64,000 nt of DNA from Chitinophagales bacterium (lineage in GTDB: Bacteria; Bacteroidota; Bacteroidia; Chitinophagales; UBA8649): the NCBI GenBank assembly GCA_020635975.1, contig JACJYT010000003.1, positions 138,655 to 202,654 of the forward strand. The letters run 5' to 3'. Below are positions 27,146 to 35,620 of the stretch, one piece after another. A program made the translations under genes and the position numbers. The notes beneath the pieces were generated by a model that ran no database searches, was not told the DNA's origin, and was given only the letters and a program-made list of their open reading frames with translations. The first letter of the stretch is position 1. Every line of letters begins with the position of its first letter.

Positions 27146-30100
27146 CACTAGCCGTTAAAATTGTAAGATTAACATTTATAATGGAATCACAAGCATTAGA
27201 ACCGACCAAGACCTCCGTTCCACTTGTATTAAACTCATCATAAATGCTACCATTAATAACAATGAACTCACCTGCACAAATTGCAGTATCTAGAGTGCTA
27301 ATATTTGGAGGAAAGAAAGAAACGGTTACCGTAACTGTAGAATCACAACCTGTACTGGCTAGCAATACTTCTGTTCCACTTTGATTAAATTCGTCATAAA
27401 TTGTTCCATTAAAAACAAAAAAGTCTCCGCTACAAATTGTAGTATCTAAGGTGCCAAGACTAGGAGGGAAGATGGATACATTTATCGTGATTATAGAATC
27501 ACAACCATTGCTCGCTATAAAATATTCGGTACCATTTAAATTAAATTCGTCATAAATAGTTCCATTGAAAACAAAATTGTCTCCGCTGCATATAGTAGTA
27601 TCTAAGGTAGCATTAGATGCCGGATTTACTAATAAGTTGACATTGTTAGAATAGAGAATATCTCCACATTCATCATGCATCATTACCCTAAAGTCGGAAT
27701 TATTTAAGGCGAATGGTACATTGCTTAGAACCAAAACTGAGTCGTTTGTTCCACCATAGATTGCACTATTGCTAATATTCTCATAAATGCCTAAGCCAGG
27801 GTTATAAATTTGCCATTGATAATCCTCTATGCCATTAGTAATAACATAGAAGGAAGTGTCGCCATTTTCACAAATTTGGGCATTTATTGGATGAAGGATA
27901 ATGGATCCAGACTGATCCACAAAAATCATATTTTGAGAGATTAGCGTGTCACAACTTGTATTAAAAATGAGCAGTCGAATAGAATCTTCATCTAGAGAAA
28001 ATGGAGCACCATTTACCAGTAAAAAACTTGTTTGTGTTCCTGAATAAGGATAAGTTTCAGGAATATTTTGCCAACCAGAACCTTGGTTATCATTAAATTG
28101 CCATTGATAATTTTGATTTAGAGGAGCCGAGCCAGAACCTAAGGAAAAAATACCCCATTCACATATGTTAAGATTAACTAGTCCAGGTAGTGGGGTCAAA
28201 GAATTCACTCTTAGGGTAGCGTAAGCTGTATCCATCATATTACAGGAATCACTTAATAGAACTCGAAATTGTCTTCCATCATAAGAAGCATTCGTAAAGA
28301 GAACATTTAAAGTAGGCGTTGTAACTCCTGAATAAAAGCCGCCATTAGTCACATTTTGCCAAAATGACCCGTTGAATACTTGCCATTGATAGCTTACATC
28401 AGCTCCGCTTACATCGGCGGTGAAACTTACTAATTCTCCAGCGCAAATGGTATCATCTTCTAAAGGAGTATTGAATGATATAGCACTATAAACTTCATGA
28501 TTTAAATAAAAGGAGTCTGTACGAGTACAGGCATTATTGTCAATCACCGTTATATAATACCAACCATAACACAAAGAACTTGCAGTATCTCCTGAATTTA
28601 ATCCGCTTGTTGATCTAAATAAATTACCGGTGCTATCTCTCCATTCAAAACTAAAAGGTGCAGTTCCGTTGCCTAAGGCAGCCAAACTTCCATCGCAAGA
28701 ATTTGGACAAGAAGGCAAGCTTAGAGCATTAAAAGTTGGTGCTTCACAACAGGCTACACTTGCAAACAAGGAGTACACTGGGTCGAAGGTACATGCAAGA
28801 TCCACCCACGAGCCACTCTCTCCATCAGCAGTAGTATTTACTTCCACATTTAAGGATGCAGGTGTACCGAGACTACATTCATCCACGGTAATTTCCCAAC
28901 AAAATTCCCATTCGCAACCTAGAATAAAAGGGGCATCACCAAAATTGTTTCCTGGATCTGAATCTGTTACACCCAAACAGGCTGTAGGCGCAACGCCTAT
29001 ATCATCTCCACAGATGGATTCAAAGAAAAATCCCGGGCCATAGGAAGTGCCAGATACAGCTGCTGTTATTGGACTTGAATAGTAATCCCAATATCTATCA
29101 CCCAAGAGTTGAAAAGGATCGCAACTTGCAGGAATGGATGTTGGAGTGAAGGAACTTAGGTCCCATCCTGATCCAAAAGTAGGAATTACACCATGTAACC
29201 AATTAAAGGAAGTGGCATCCCAAGTTTCTACAGTAAAACAGAATTGAACTGTTTGTCCAGCTAGGTAGGTACCGTTTATTGGTGCTGGACTAGCAACTAA
29301 AGTCGAACTAACATTACAAGGATCACAGTCGATATAACTATAAAAATTCATTTGAAAATCACCTATATCTGTAGTGTCTTCTCCACTAATTTGCAAATAA
29401 TAAGTGCTTCCCACATTAACGGCCTGAAAACTAACATTCAAATAACCTGAACCACTAGTTCCAACAGCACAGCCTCTTCCTATCATAGTCCCACAACTGC
29501 TCCCTTCATAAAGTCCTAAATTGGGAGTGTTTAATCCAATGATCTCTATATCCATAGTGTTTGACGTGGCTACAAAACTATACCAAACATCAATTGCAGG
29601 AGCCGCCATGTCGCCACTAGGTGAGCAACCTAATAAGTAGGAATACGGATCTTCAGCACTAGCTCCAATATTACTTCCACAATATCGATCGATTACCGTA
29701 GTGGTACTTGGACAAGGGGGTGGAGTACTCAAACTTCCTAAATTACATGCATTGGCACAATCGTCTGGCGGACTTACACTACAACTTGGAGTGCTTCCAG
29801 TACAGGCACCAGGAGTAATACAACTGATGGTGGCATTCCAACCCGCAAGGGTATTAGATCCATCTGAGGTAAATTGAAAAGTTAAGCAACCGCTTGGATC
29901 GGTAGAACTAATAACACCGCCACCAGGAGCATCAAAAACGGTATTACCGCAATATGCACCTAAATAAGTAGCCGAAGTGGAATTTCCATCGTAGGCTTCC
30001 AGATAATCCCAACAGGTAGTTGCGCTTGCCGTTTCTAATTCAAACTGTGTAAATGTTAGTTGTATATTTTGTCCTGGGGTACTCGGACAAATGGTCCAAA

Positions 30101-30629
30101 CAATGTTTTCGTTGTCGCTGTAGTTTCCACTAGCTCCTGGACCAGTTCCACCGGTATCAAAAAATGATCCACTACAGCCTGTAATTGCTATGGGTGTTGG
30201 ACCAGAACCTAAGACTTGACGCCATTGCAAGGTCATACAGCTTGTATTATCCAAGCAAGGAAATTCCGAAACTAAAACGTGAACATTTCCAGTAAAGGTG
30301 GCTGTCCATGTAACCGTAGATTGTGTCCCACAATCATCGTCATTCCATGCATAGAAGGTGTTATGGGCTGCATTTGCTATGGTAATATAAGTATCAAAAT
30401 CGGTGTCGCCACAAGTGGTCCATTCATAGGTTTGCCCCATCGTTACAGCACAAATTGTATAGTCGCCACCATACATACAGGTACTAATGGTGGTAAAACT
30501 AGAGGAGCTTGTTGTATTGATCCCTAAGGGCCAATTGAAATTATTATTATTGCATTGCGCATTTGCTTTTCCAACAAATAAAAAAGACAAAAGAAGGCAT
30601 GACAAGGTAGTTAGTAAGTTTTTTTTCAT
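26787..30629 (-). CDS. N-terminal fragment of the giant adhesin: signal peptide, CUB-like domain, Cys-rich region, Ig-like YQWQ modules, first repeat units
   Basis: The CUB-like block reads CSGSFFDTGGTGPGASGNYSDNENIVWTICPSTPGQNIQLTFTQFELETASATTCWDYLEAYDGNSTSATYLGAYCG. Three Ig-like modules carry YQWQ motifs. It then runs into diverged and canonical 52-aa units. The last ~50 codons of the track ORF (26787-26940) are already frame-corrupted repeat. Confidence 0.75.
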   Translation of the reverse strand: MKKNLLTTLSCLLLSFLFVGKANAQCNNNNFNWPLGINTTSSSSFTTISTCMYGGDYTICAVTMGQTYEWTTCGDTDFDTYITIANAAHNTFYAWNDDDCGTQSTVTWTATFTGNVHVLVSEFPCLDNTSCMTLQWRQVLGSGPTPIAITGCSGSFFDTGGTGPGASGNYSDNENIVWTICPSTPGQNIQLTFTQFELETASATTCWDYLEAYDGNSTSATYLGAYCGNTVFDAPGGGVISSTDPSGCLTFQFTSDGSNTLAGWNATISCITPGACTGSTPSCSVSPPDDCANACNLGSLSTPPPCPSTTTVIDRYCGSNIGASAEDPYSYLLGCSPSGDMAAPAIDVWYSFVATSNTMDIEIIGLNTPNLGLYEGSSCGTMIGRGCAVGTSGSGYLNVSFQAVNVGSTYYLQISGEDTTDIGDFQMNFYSYIDCDPCNVSSTLVASPAPINGTYLAGQTVQFCFTVETWDATSFNWLHGVIPTFGSGWDLSSFTPTSIPASCDPFQLLGDRYWDYYSSPITAAVSGTSYGPGFFFESICGDDIGVAPTACLGVTDSDPGNNFGDAPFILGCEWEFCWEITVDECSLGTPASLNVEVNTTADGESGSWVDLACTFDPVYSLFASVACCEAPTFNALSLPSCPNSCDGSLAALGNGTAPFSFEWRDSTGNLFRSTSGLNSGDTASSLCYGWYYITVIDNNACTRTDSFYLNHEVYSAISFNTPLEDDTICAGELVSFTADVSGADVSYQWQVFNGSFWQNVTNGGFYSGVTTPTLNVLFTNASYDGRQFRVLLSDSCNMMDTAYATLRVNSLTPLPGLVNLNICEWGIFSLGSGSAPLNQNYQWQFNDNQGSGWQNIPETYPYSGTQTSFLLVNGAPFSLDEDSIRLLIFNTSCDTLISQNMIFVDQSGSIILHPINAQICENGDTSFYVITNGIEDYQWQIYNPGLGIYENISNSAIYGGTNDSVLVLSNVPFALNNSDFRVMMHDECGDILYSNNVNLLVNPASNATLDTTICSGDNFVFNGTIYDEFNLNGTEYFIASNGCDSIITINVSIFPPSLGTLDTTICSGDFFVFNGTIYDEFNQSGTEVLLASTGCDSTVTVTVSFFPPNISTLDTAICAGEFIVINGSIYDEFNTSGTEVLVGSNACDSIINVNLTILTASVSIFDTTICNGASFVFNGTTYDASNLSGTEVFTAANGCDSVVTVTVTESPLITGVFDTTICNGASFVFNGTTYDASNLKWNRSAANGCDSVVTTESPLITLRFVTFLLSLMVQLMMLLI
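27146..27610 (-). repeat. Three diverged founder-like copies of the 52-aa unit
   Basis: LDTTICSGDNFVFNGTIYDEFNLNGTEYFIASNGCDSIITINVSIFPPSLGT, a second copy with ...SGDFFVFNGTIYDEFNQSGTEVLLASTGCDSTVTVTVSFFPPNIST, and a third with ...AGEFIVINGSIYDEFNTSGTEVLVGSNACDSIINVNLTILTASVS. Confidence 0.8.
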
Positions 30630-30655
30630 AGGCCGCAAAGGAAATCACCTTTCTA

Positions 30656-30663
30656 CAAATTTA
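30656..30663 (-). promoter_or_regulatory. Candidate Bacteroidetes -7 box (TAAATTTG) for the giant adhesin
   Basis: The reverse complement of caaattta is TAAATTTG, which matches the TAnnTTTG consensus. It lies 27 nt upstream of ATG 30629. Confidence 0.35.
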
Positions 30664-30796
30664 TAAATAAAGGACTCAATTACAAGTCCTATTCAGATTT
30701 TTCTGAAATATACGATACTTTAGCGTGGATAGTTTTATCTCCTTGAAATTTTTCTTACCCCTTTCAATAAAATTTAAAAATTGACCTACAAATAGC

Positions 30797-30804
30797 TAAT
30801 TTTG
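30797..30804 (+). promoter_or_regulatory. Candidate -7 box (TAATTTTG) for the cystathionine beta-synthase gene
   Basis: Matches TAnnTTTG and lies 20 nt upstream of ATG 30824. A TTG at 30781 is a possible upstream element. Confidence 0.3.
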
Positions 30805-30823
30805 CAACTGAAAACCAAACATA

Positions 30824-32188
30824 ATGCATAAAGTTTACAATAATATACTAGAAACTATTGGTGATACACCTATGGTTAAGCTAAATTCTATAAGCAAAGA
30901 TTTTCCTGCCGATATCTACGTAAAAATAGAATCTGTGAATCCTGGTAATTCGGTAAAAGATAGAATGGCCTTGCGCATGCTAGAAGGAGCGGAGCAAGAG
31001 GGTCGAATCAAACCTGGCGGAACTATTGTTGAAGGCACTAGTGGAAACACTGGTATGGGCTTAGCCTTAGCTGCCATAGTAAAGGGGTATAAATGTATTT
31101 TTGTTACTACAGATAAACAATCTAAAGAAAAGGCCGATATTTTGAAAGCTGTCGGAGCAGAAGTAATTGTATGTCCAACCGATGTGGAAGCATCTGACCC
31201 AAGGTCGTATTATTCGGTTTCTGCTAGAGTGGCCTCTGAAATTCCAAATTCCTTTTATGTTAACCAATACGATAATCCTTACAATAGTTTGGCGCATTAT
31301 GAACAAACAGGACCAGAAATTTGGAAGCAAACGGATGGAAAAATCACACATTTTGTAGTAGGAGTGGGAACAGGAGGAACCATTTCTGGTACAGGCAAAT
31401 ATCTAAAAGAGCAAAATCCAAGGGTGAAAATTTATGGTATAGATACCTATGGTTCGGTATTGAAAAAATACCACGAAACTAGGATTTTCGATGAGAAGGA
31501 AATTTATCCCTACATTACCGAGGGTATTGGAGAAGATATCCTTCCAAAGAATGTAGACTTTGACGTAATTGATTACTTTGAGAAGGTTACCGATAAAGAT
31601 GGTGCTGTGATGACGCGAAGACTAGCCAAAGAGGAGGGGATATTTGCAGGTTATTCTGCGGGCAGTGCTATCGCTGGAGTACTTCAAATGAAGGATAAGT
31701 TTAAGAAAGGAGATATGGTAGTGGTGCTTTTGCACGACCATGGAAGTCGTTATGTAGGTAAAATTTTTAACGATGAGTGGATGCGCGAAAGAGGTTGGTT
31801 GGATAAGGAACCTACAGCTAAAACAATAATTGAAACGAAGAAAAATAAGGGATCGATTTCTGTAGATATTAATGAAAATATTGCAAGTGTTTTCAAAATA
31901 ATGAAGGAAACCGATATTTCTCAATTTCCAGTGCTTAAAGAAGGCGAAATTGTTGGGAGTATCACAGAAAGAAATATTCTTAGTGCTTTAGTAGATGGTG
32001 CCGATGCACATACCACAAGAGTTAGTGGCGTAATGTTACAATCTTTCCCTTATGTGGGCCTAAATGAAAAGGCAAGAGATATATCTAAATTAATAAGTAA
32101 ATCCAATTCTGCGGTATTGGTAAAAGATACTGCCGGACAGACACATATCATTACAGAATATGATCTGATTGATGCCATGGCGATCTAG
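30824..32188 (+). CDS. Cystathionine beta-synthase-type PLP enzyme (cysteine synthase fold plus C-terminal CBS pair)
   Basis: PLP-lysine block NPGNSVKDR, GTSGNTGMGLA, GVGTGGTISG. The C-terminal ~120 aa carry two CBS motifs (ISQFPVLKEGEIVGSITERNIL; SAVLVKDTAGQTHIITEYDLI). Confidence 0.85.
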   Translation: MHKVYNNILETIGDTPMVKLNSISKDFPADIYVKIESVNPGNSVKDRMALRMLEGAEQEGRIKPGGTIVEGTSGNTGMGLALAAIVKGYKCIFVTTDKQSKEKADILKAVGAEVIVCPTDVEASDPRSYYSVSARVASEIPNSFYVNQYDNPYNSLAHYEQTGPEIWKQTDGKITHFVVGVGTGGTISGTGKYLKEQNPRVKIYGIDTYGSVLKKYHETRIFDEKEIYPYITEGIGEDILPKNVDFDVIDYFEKVTDKDGAVMTRRLAKEEGIFAGYSAGSAIAGVLQMKDKFKKGDMVVVLLHDHGSRYVGKIFNDEWMRERGWLDKEPTAKTIIETKKNKGSISVDINENIASVFKIMKETDISQFPVLKEGEIVGSITERNILSALVDGADAHTTRVSGVMLQSFPYVGLNEKARDISKLISKSNSAVLVKDTAGQTHIITEYDLIDAMAI

Positions 32189-32347
32189 TGTTTCAGCTCT
32201 TGATTAGCTCGGATAGACTTTAAGTAATTGTTTGCAGATAGAACTATGTCTTGACCTTAGCGAAAATCATAAAAATATAGGGCTATATATTTTTTGAATA
32301 AATATATAATTGCTAGTTTTATCTTAAATAATACAATTATAAAAAAC

Positions 32348-32911
32348 ATGAAACACGCTATTTTAATCTTGTTTGTCTTTTTTAGTTTTGCTTTTCAACC
32401 CTGCTTTGCGCAGGATGATGAAATTTCTGAGGAAGAATTGGAGCTTCTAATGGAAGAATTCAGGTCAGATTTCAAAACCGTAGTAAAAGATTTTCCAAAT
32501 AATTTTCAAAATATAAAAGGGGCTAAAATTACAGATGAAGCTAATTATGAAAGTTTGATTCCATTAAATTTAGCAGAAGAAAGCTATTTGAGTCCAAGAA
32601 CTTTTACCGATGAGTTAGCCTTTGTTGCTGTTTGTGGGGAATTTGAGGATGAGGAAGTTGCCAAGAATGTTCACGCTCTGGTGAAGTATCTAATTGAAAC
32701 TACAAAATTTGATTTCTCTTTACTAAGTAAGCAAATAGACAATGAAAATGAAATGATGGATTATTGGCTAGTATGGGATTTGAATAGCGATAGATTTAGC
32801 AATATGGTAATTAAACTTCGACGTTTTAGTGTACCTACTTTTAATTTTGACCCTGGTATGCCTTCCGAAACCTATCATGTCGTTATTAATATTGAACGAA
32901 TTAAGTCTTAA
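32348..32911 (+). CDS. Hypothetical secreted acidic protein
   Basis: ATG 32348 gives MKHAILILFVFFSFAFQPCFAQ (signal peptide), followed by an acidic stretch DDEISEEELELLMEEF. No family recognised. Confidence 0.55.
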   Translation: MKHAILILFVFFSFAFQPCFAQDDEISEEELELLMEEFRSDFKTVVKDFPNNFQNIKGAKITDEANYESLIPLNLAEESYLSPRTFTDELAFVAVCGEFEDEEVAKNVHALVKYLIETTKFDFSLLSKQIDNENEMMDYWLVWDLNSDRFSNMVIKLRRFSVPTFNFDPGMPSETYHVVINIERIKS

Positions 32912-33072
32912 TTTTTCTTCAAAAAATCTTTCCCTAGTTTTATAGGAAAGATTTCATCTTTCAGAACAAAGTTTCTTATTTCTTGTTAAAAAAATTTAAG
33001 GCAGTTAAAAGCTATGCCTTTAAAATTTCATGGGCATGGTATTTTTATATCTTTACCCAGCAATATTTGTTT

Positions 33073-35517
33073 ATGAAAAAATTCTTGACCCTTCTTTGTG
33101 TCCTCCTTTTTGCAAAAGCCTTTTCCAATAAGCCTTCTTCCGAAATATACATGGATGTTCAAAAGATGTATTCCTTAAAGAAGGTCTTGTACATTGCCGC
33201 TCATCCCGACGATGAGAATACTCGTGCTTTAGCCTATTTTTCACTTCATGATAAGGCAGAAACGGCTTATTTTTCCTTGACAAGAGGAGATGGTGGACAA
33301 AATTTGATTGGTAAGGAATTAAGTGAAGACTTAGGTGTTTTGAGAACGCAAGAATTATTAAGTGCAAGATCTTTTGATGGTGCCGAGCAGTATTTTTCGA
33401 GAGCTGTTGATTTTGGTTTCTCGAAATCAGCAAAAGAAAGCTTGGAAAAATGGGGGGAAGAATTAATTCTATCGGATGTTGTTCTAATGATTCGAAAGTT
33501 TAAACCAGATGTTATTATAACGAGGTTCCCTCCAGATGAAAGAGCCGGACATGGTCATCACACGGCATCGGCTTTACTTGCCATAGAAGCTTTTAACTTA
33601 GCTGCAGATCCAAAATATTTACCAGAACAAGTTGCCTTGTACGGAACCTGGCAATGTACTTCTATTTACTGGAATTCTTCAACTTGGTCGAATCCCAATG
33701 TAGCAGAAGAAGCACAAAATAATCCGAACTATATCATTAAAAACATTGGTGGCTATGATCCTTTATTAGGGATGTCGTATAACGAAGTAGGAACCATTGC
33801 TAGAAGTCAACATAAATGCCAAGGCTTTGGTGCTATTGTAGAAAGAGGAGAACAAGTGGAGTATTTTGAGTACTTGGGAGGAAAGAAGTTGCAAAATGAT
33901 TTCTTTGAATACAACACTAAAACTTGGAAAAGCCTGGCAAATGAAAAGCTTCAACAAGCTATGGATGCTCTTTTGCAAAACTTCAATTTTGTTCATCCTG
34001 AAAAGAATGTAACAGCACTTCTTGGCATCAAAACTCAACTGGAATCTTTACCAAATAGTGCCTTCAAAGAAGAAAAGCTAAACCTATGTGTTCAAATAAT
34101 TCAAGCATGTTTAGGTTTGTATGCTGAAGTATTGAGTGATGATTTTGCTTATGCTCTAGGAGAAGAAATGACTTTAGAACTACAAGTGCTCAATCGCTCA
34201 GATATTCCTGTCACTCTTGTTTCGATAGATGGCAACATAGATAAAGCAATTCTCTTAAACAAGGATAAAACCTACAAGCAAAAAATAACTGTCAAGAATG
34301 AGGCAAGTCTTTCTACACCTTACTGGCTTACCCAGCCTTTTACCAATACTTTCACTGTAGAAGATGCCGATAATTTTTTAAGAGCAGAGAACAAGCCTAG
34401 CTTTACGCATGAGCTTAAACTAGAAGTAGGGGGTTCTCTACTAACATTGCAGCTTCCCGTAAAATATAAGTGGCGCGATCCAGCTTATGGCGAACGTGAA
34501 AGACCAACAGTAAGTACTCCAGATTACACGATTAATTTCGATGAAAAGTCCATTATTTTAAAAGCAGGAGAAACGAAAACACTAGCACTAAAACTGCACG
34601 CTTTTAAAGATAATTTAGATGAAAAGATAAGTCTTAAAGCTCCAGAAGCTTGGACCATATATCCATCGGAAATTCAGCTAGAAAGCACTAAGAAGCATCA
34701 AGAATTTTTTGTAAATGTGCAAATTCAAGCCTCAGAATCTAGTCGCCGGGGACAAGTACTTATTTTGAACAAAGATGGAGAAGAGCTAAAGAGCTATACA
34801 GAAATTGCCTACGACCATATCCCTACCCAAGTTATATTTAAGCCAGCAGTATTAGAGTGTATAAAATTAGATGCTCAAATAAAAAACGGTAAAATTGCTT
34901 ACATTCGAGGTGCCGAGGATGTGGTGCCAGAAGCCATTGCACAATTAGGTTTTGAAGTGGAGGTTTTTCAAGTTGCGGATTTAGCTACGCTCGATTTGAG
35001 TACTTACCAATCGGTGGTATTAGGAATTAGAATTTACAATGTAGCCAGCGAGTTAAGTAATTTCGACGAGAAACTTTTTGCCTATGTTAAGGATGGAGGG
35101 AATTTAGTAATGCAATACAACACGGCATCTAGATCTACCCCAAATTTAAAGTTCGGCGGACCACTGCCTTTTGAGTTATCGCGAAATAGAGTTACGGAAG
35201 AAGATGCGCCAGTTACTTTCTTAGCACCGTCTCATCCGATAATGAATTATCCCAACAAAATCACCCAAAAAGATTTTGACAATTGGGTACAAGAAAGAGG
35301 TTTGTATTTTGCTGCGAATTGGGATGAAAGATATAAAGCTTTATTTTCTTGGCAAGATGAAGGAGATAGTGCGCAAGAGGGGGCGCTTATTGTAGCCAAT
35401 TACGGAAAAGGAAGATTTGTCTACACTGGAATTTCCTTCTTTAGAGAACTACCCAATGGGGTAGAAGGAGCTTATCGTCTTTTTGCAAATTTATTAAGCT
35501 ATGAGCCAAAAAAATAA
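33073..35517 (+). CDS. Large PIG-L/LmbE-family deacetylase
   Basis: ATG 33073 gives MKKFLTLLCVLLFAKAFS. LYIAAHPDDEN and HGHHTAS are the LmbE/PIG-L zinc-site motifs. The long C-terminal extension has an unassigned fold. Confidence 0.75.
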   Translation: MKKFLTLLCVLLFAKAFSNKPSSEIYMDVQKMYSLKKVLYIAAHPDDENTRALAYFSLHDKAETAYFSLTRGDGGQNLIGKELSEDLGVLRTQELLSARSFDGAEQYFSRAVDFGFSKSAKESLEKWGEELILSDVVLMIRKFKPDVIITRFPPDERAGHGHHTASALLAIEAFNLAADPKYLPEQVALYGTWQCTSIYWNSSTWSNPNVAEEAQNNPNYIIKNIGGYDPLLGMSYNEVGTIARSQHKCQGFGAIVERGEQVEYFEYLGGKKLQNDFFEYNTKTWKSLANEKLQQAMDALLQNFNFVHPEKNVTALLGIKTQLESLPNSAFKEEKLNLCVQIIQACLGLYAEVLSDDFAYALGEEMTLELQVLNRSDIPVTLVSIDGNIDKAILLNKDKTYKQKITVKNEASLSTPYWLTQPFTNTFTVEDADNFLRAENKPSFTHELKLEVGGSLLTLQLPVKYKWRDPAYGERERPTVSTPDYTINFDEKSIILKAGETKTLALKLHAFKDNLDEKISLKAPEAWTIYPSEIQLESTKKHQEFFVNVQIQASESSRRGQVLILNKDGEELKSYTEIAYDHIPTQVIFKPAVLECIKLDAQIKNGKIAYIRGAEDVVPEAIAQLGFEVEVFQVADLATLDLSTYQSVVLGIRIYNVASELSNFDEKLFAYVKDGGNLVMQYNTASRSTPNLKFGGPLPFELSRNRVTEEDAPVTFLAPSHPIMNYPNKITQKDFDNWVQERGLYFAANWDERYKALFSWQDEGDSAQEGALIVANYGKGRFVYTGISFFRELPNGVEGAYRLFANLLSYEPKK

Positions 35518-35620
35518 GGAAGATAATACGAATTGGAAAGCTTGGTATTGGGGCTTGATTATCTTCTTGTTAGTCCAAATAGCAAGCTATTATTACATCA
35601 CAAAACTATTCGAAGCGTGA
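35501..35620 (+). CDS. Possible 39-aa single-pass membrane micro-protein, translationally coupled to the symporter
   Basis: Hand-found: ATG 35501 ... TGA 35618-35620 encodes MSQKNKEDNTNWKAWYWGLIIFLLVQIASYYYITKLFEA. It overlaps the last 17 nt of the deacetylase gene. Its TGA overlaps the symporter GTG start (GTGA). Confidence 0.35.
   Translation: MSQKNKEDNTNWKAWYWGLIIFLLVQIASYYYITKLFEA

Larger units (their letters stand above)
17467..30629 (-). pseudogene. Giant (~4390-codon) repeat adhesin with a type-B T9SS CTD, as assembled broken into 5 ORFs; either a pseudogene or a misassembled repeat gene
   Basis: All five pieces are on the minus strand and contiguous: 26787-30638, 25809-26642, 25453-25800, 23028-25475 and 17467-21954. 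The only signal peptide is at the 30.6 kb end (ATG 30629, MKKNLLTTLSCLLLSFLFVGKANAQ). The only CTD is at the 17.5 kb end (VPNIFTPNGDGQNDIYRSY...FDRWGGKMY...WDGIFKNLPVESGIYIAVIQAVGIDGQKFEITQNIKLVR). The same repeat units continue across every break. Confidence 0.8.

Noticed and set aside
35533-35616. TTG start at 35533 for the symporter
   Set aside because: The 28 added residues (ESLVLGLDYLLVSPNSKLLLHHKTIRS) do not resemble an SSS N-terminus. GTG 35617 gives a canonical one and forms a GTGA junction with the upstream micro-ORF. This is still uncertain without proteomics.
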